64,000 bases of DNA from Amphiscolops sp. MND2022. Its lineage: Eukaryota. A model generated the notes under the pieces. It had not been told where the DNA came from and did no database searches. It saw nothing but the letters and a program-made list of their open reading frames with translations. Position numbers and translations under genes: made by a program. The stretch spans positions 17,608,001 to 17,672,000 of the forward strand of contig OZ076412.1 in NCBI GenBank assembly GCA_964187785.1, written 5' to 3'. Of this stretch, positions 63,657 through 64,000 are shown piece by piece. Within the stretch, counting starts at the first letter, position 1. Every line of letters begins with the position of its first letter.

Positions 63657-64000
63657 CTCGCCAGGGGGCAGGGTAATAAGTGCGAACGTATAAGTTCGAA
63701 CTTTAATTTCGAATGGACTAAGCTCGAATTTTCCAAAAACCGGAACAAGTTCGAATCACTGTGTTCGAATTTTGAACAAAGTATGAAACGTGCCTCTAGT
63801 TTTTCCCCATTTCATCTAGTGCCCCGCTGCCCCTTGGGACCGCCTATGTTCCCATCTTGCTAAGCGAGGTCGAACAGGAGCGGTCGTAGTGGGCGCTGGT
63901 CTTTGCACATTGAGGGCGAGCGTGCTTACACCGGATATGCCCCTTTTTTCAGTTGTTAGATTCCTTCAGATCCTAGGCGGTGGAGATCTCAGGATCTTGT

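Larger units (their letters stand above)
59340..63945. repeat. ~170-bp repeat family, at least 6 full or partial copies
   Basis: Monomer GCATAT..GTGTATGCACGCTCG...GACCTCGCTTAGCAAG...GGCACTAGAGGAAATGG..CATATCC at ~59350 (partial), 59711-59886, ~60225-60365, ~62505-62670, ~62733-62810 (partial) and inverted at ~63800-63940; interspersed with TTAGACGTTATTCCC short repeats. Confidence 0.8.

Noticed and set aside
63431-63748. ORFs spanning the N-run
   Set aside because: Artefacts of translating the 200-N gap.

Overview
Eukaryotic (animal-like, ~40% GC, spliceosomal introns), transposon-dense 64 kb window ending near a 200-N scaffold gap; no rRNA, tRNA gene or CRISPR array is supportable. The only convincing host gene is a three-exon arylamine N-acetyltransferase (NAT)-like gene on the minus strand (8978-6410). 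It has a retrotransposon LTR 51 bp upstream of its ATG and a second intron that appears to start GG rather than GT. Most of the rest is nested LTR-retrotransposon debris: Ty3/Gypsy, two BEL/Pao relics, LTRs that carry the start of gag, a LINE 3' fragment, MITE-like elements and a GATC-rich satellite. The centrepiece is a very large decayed Ty3/Gypsy element (~26.3-47.3 kb, + strand) with a ~7 kb internal tandem duplication. Its gag-pol has an apparently duplicated, two-lobed protease region. Downstream of integrase it carries two extra coding regions that are not env: one with tandem TARG1/OARD1-like macrodomain folds and one long ORF containing an SGNH-hydrolase-like fold. The domain calls are by-eye motif alignments and need HMM/structure confirmation.
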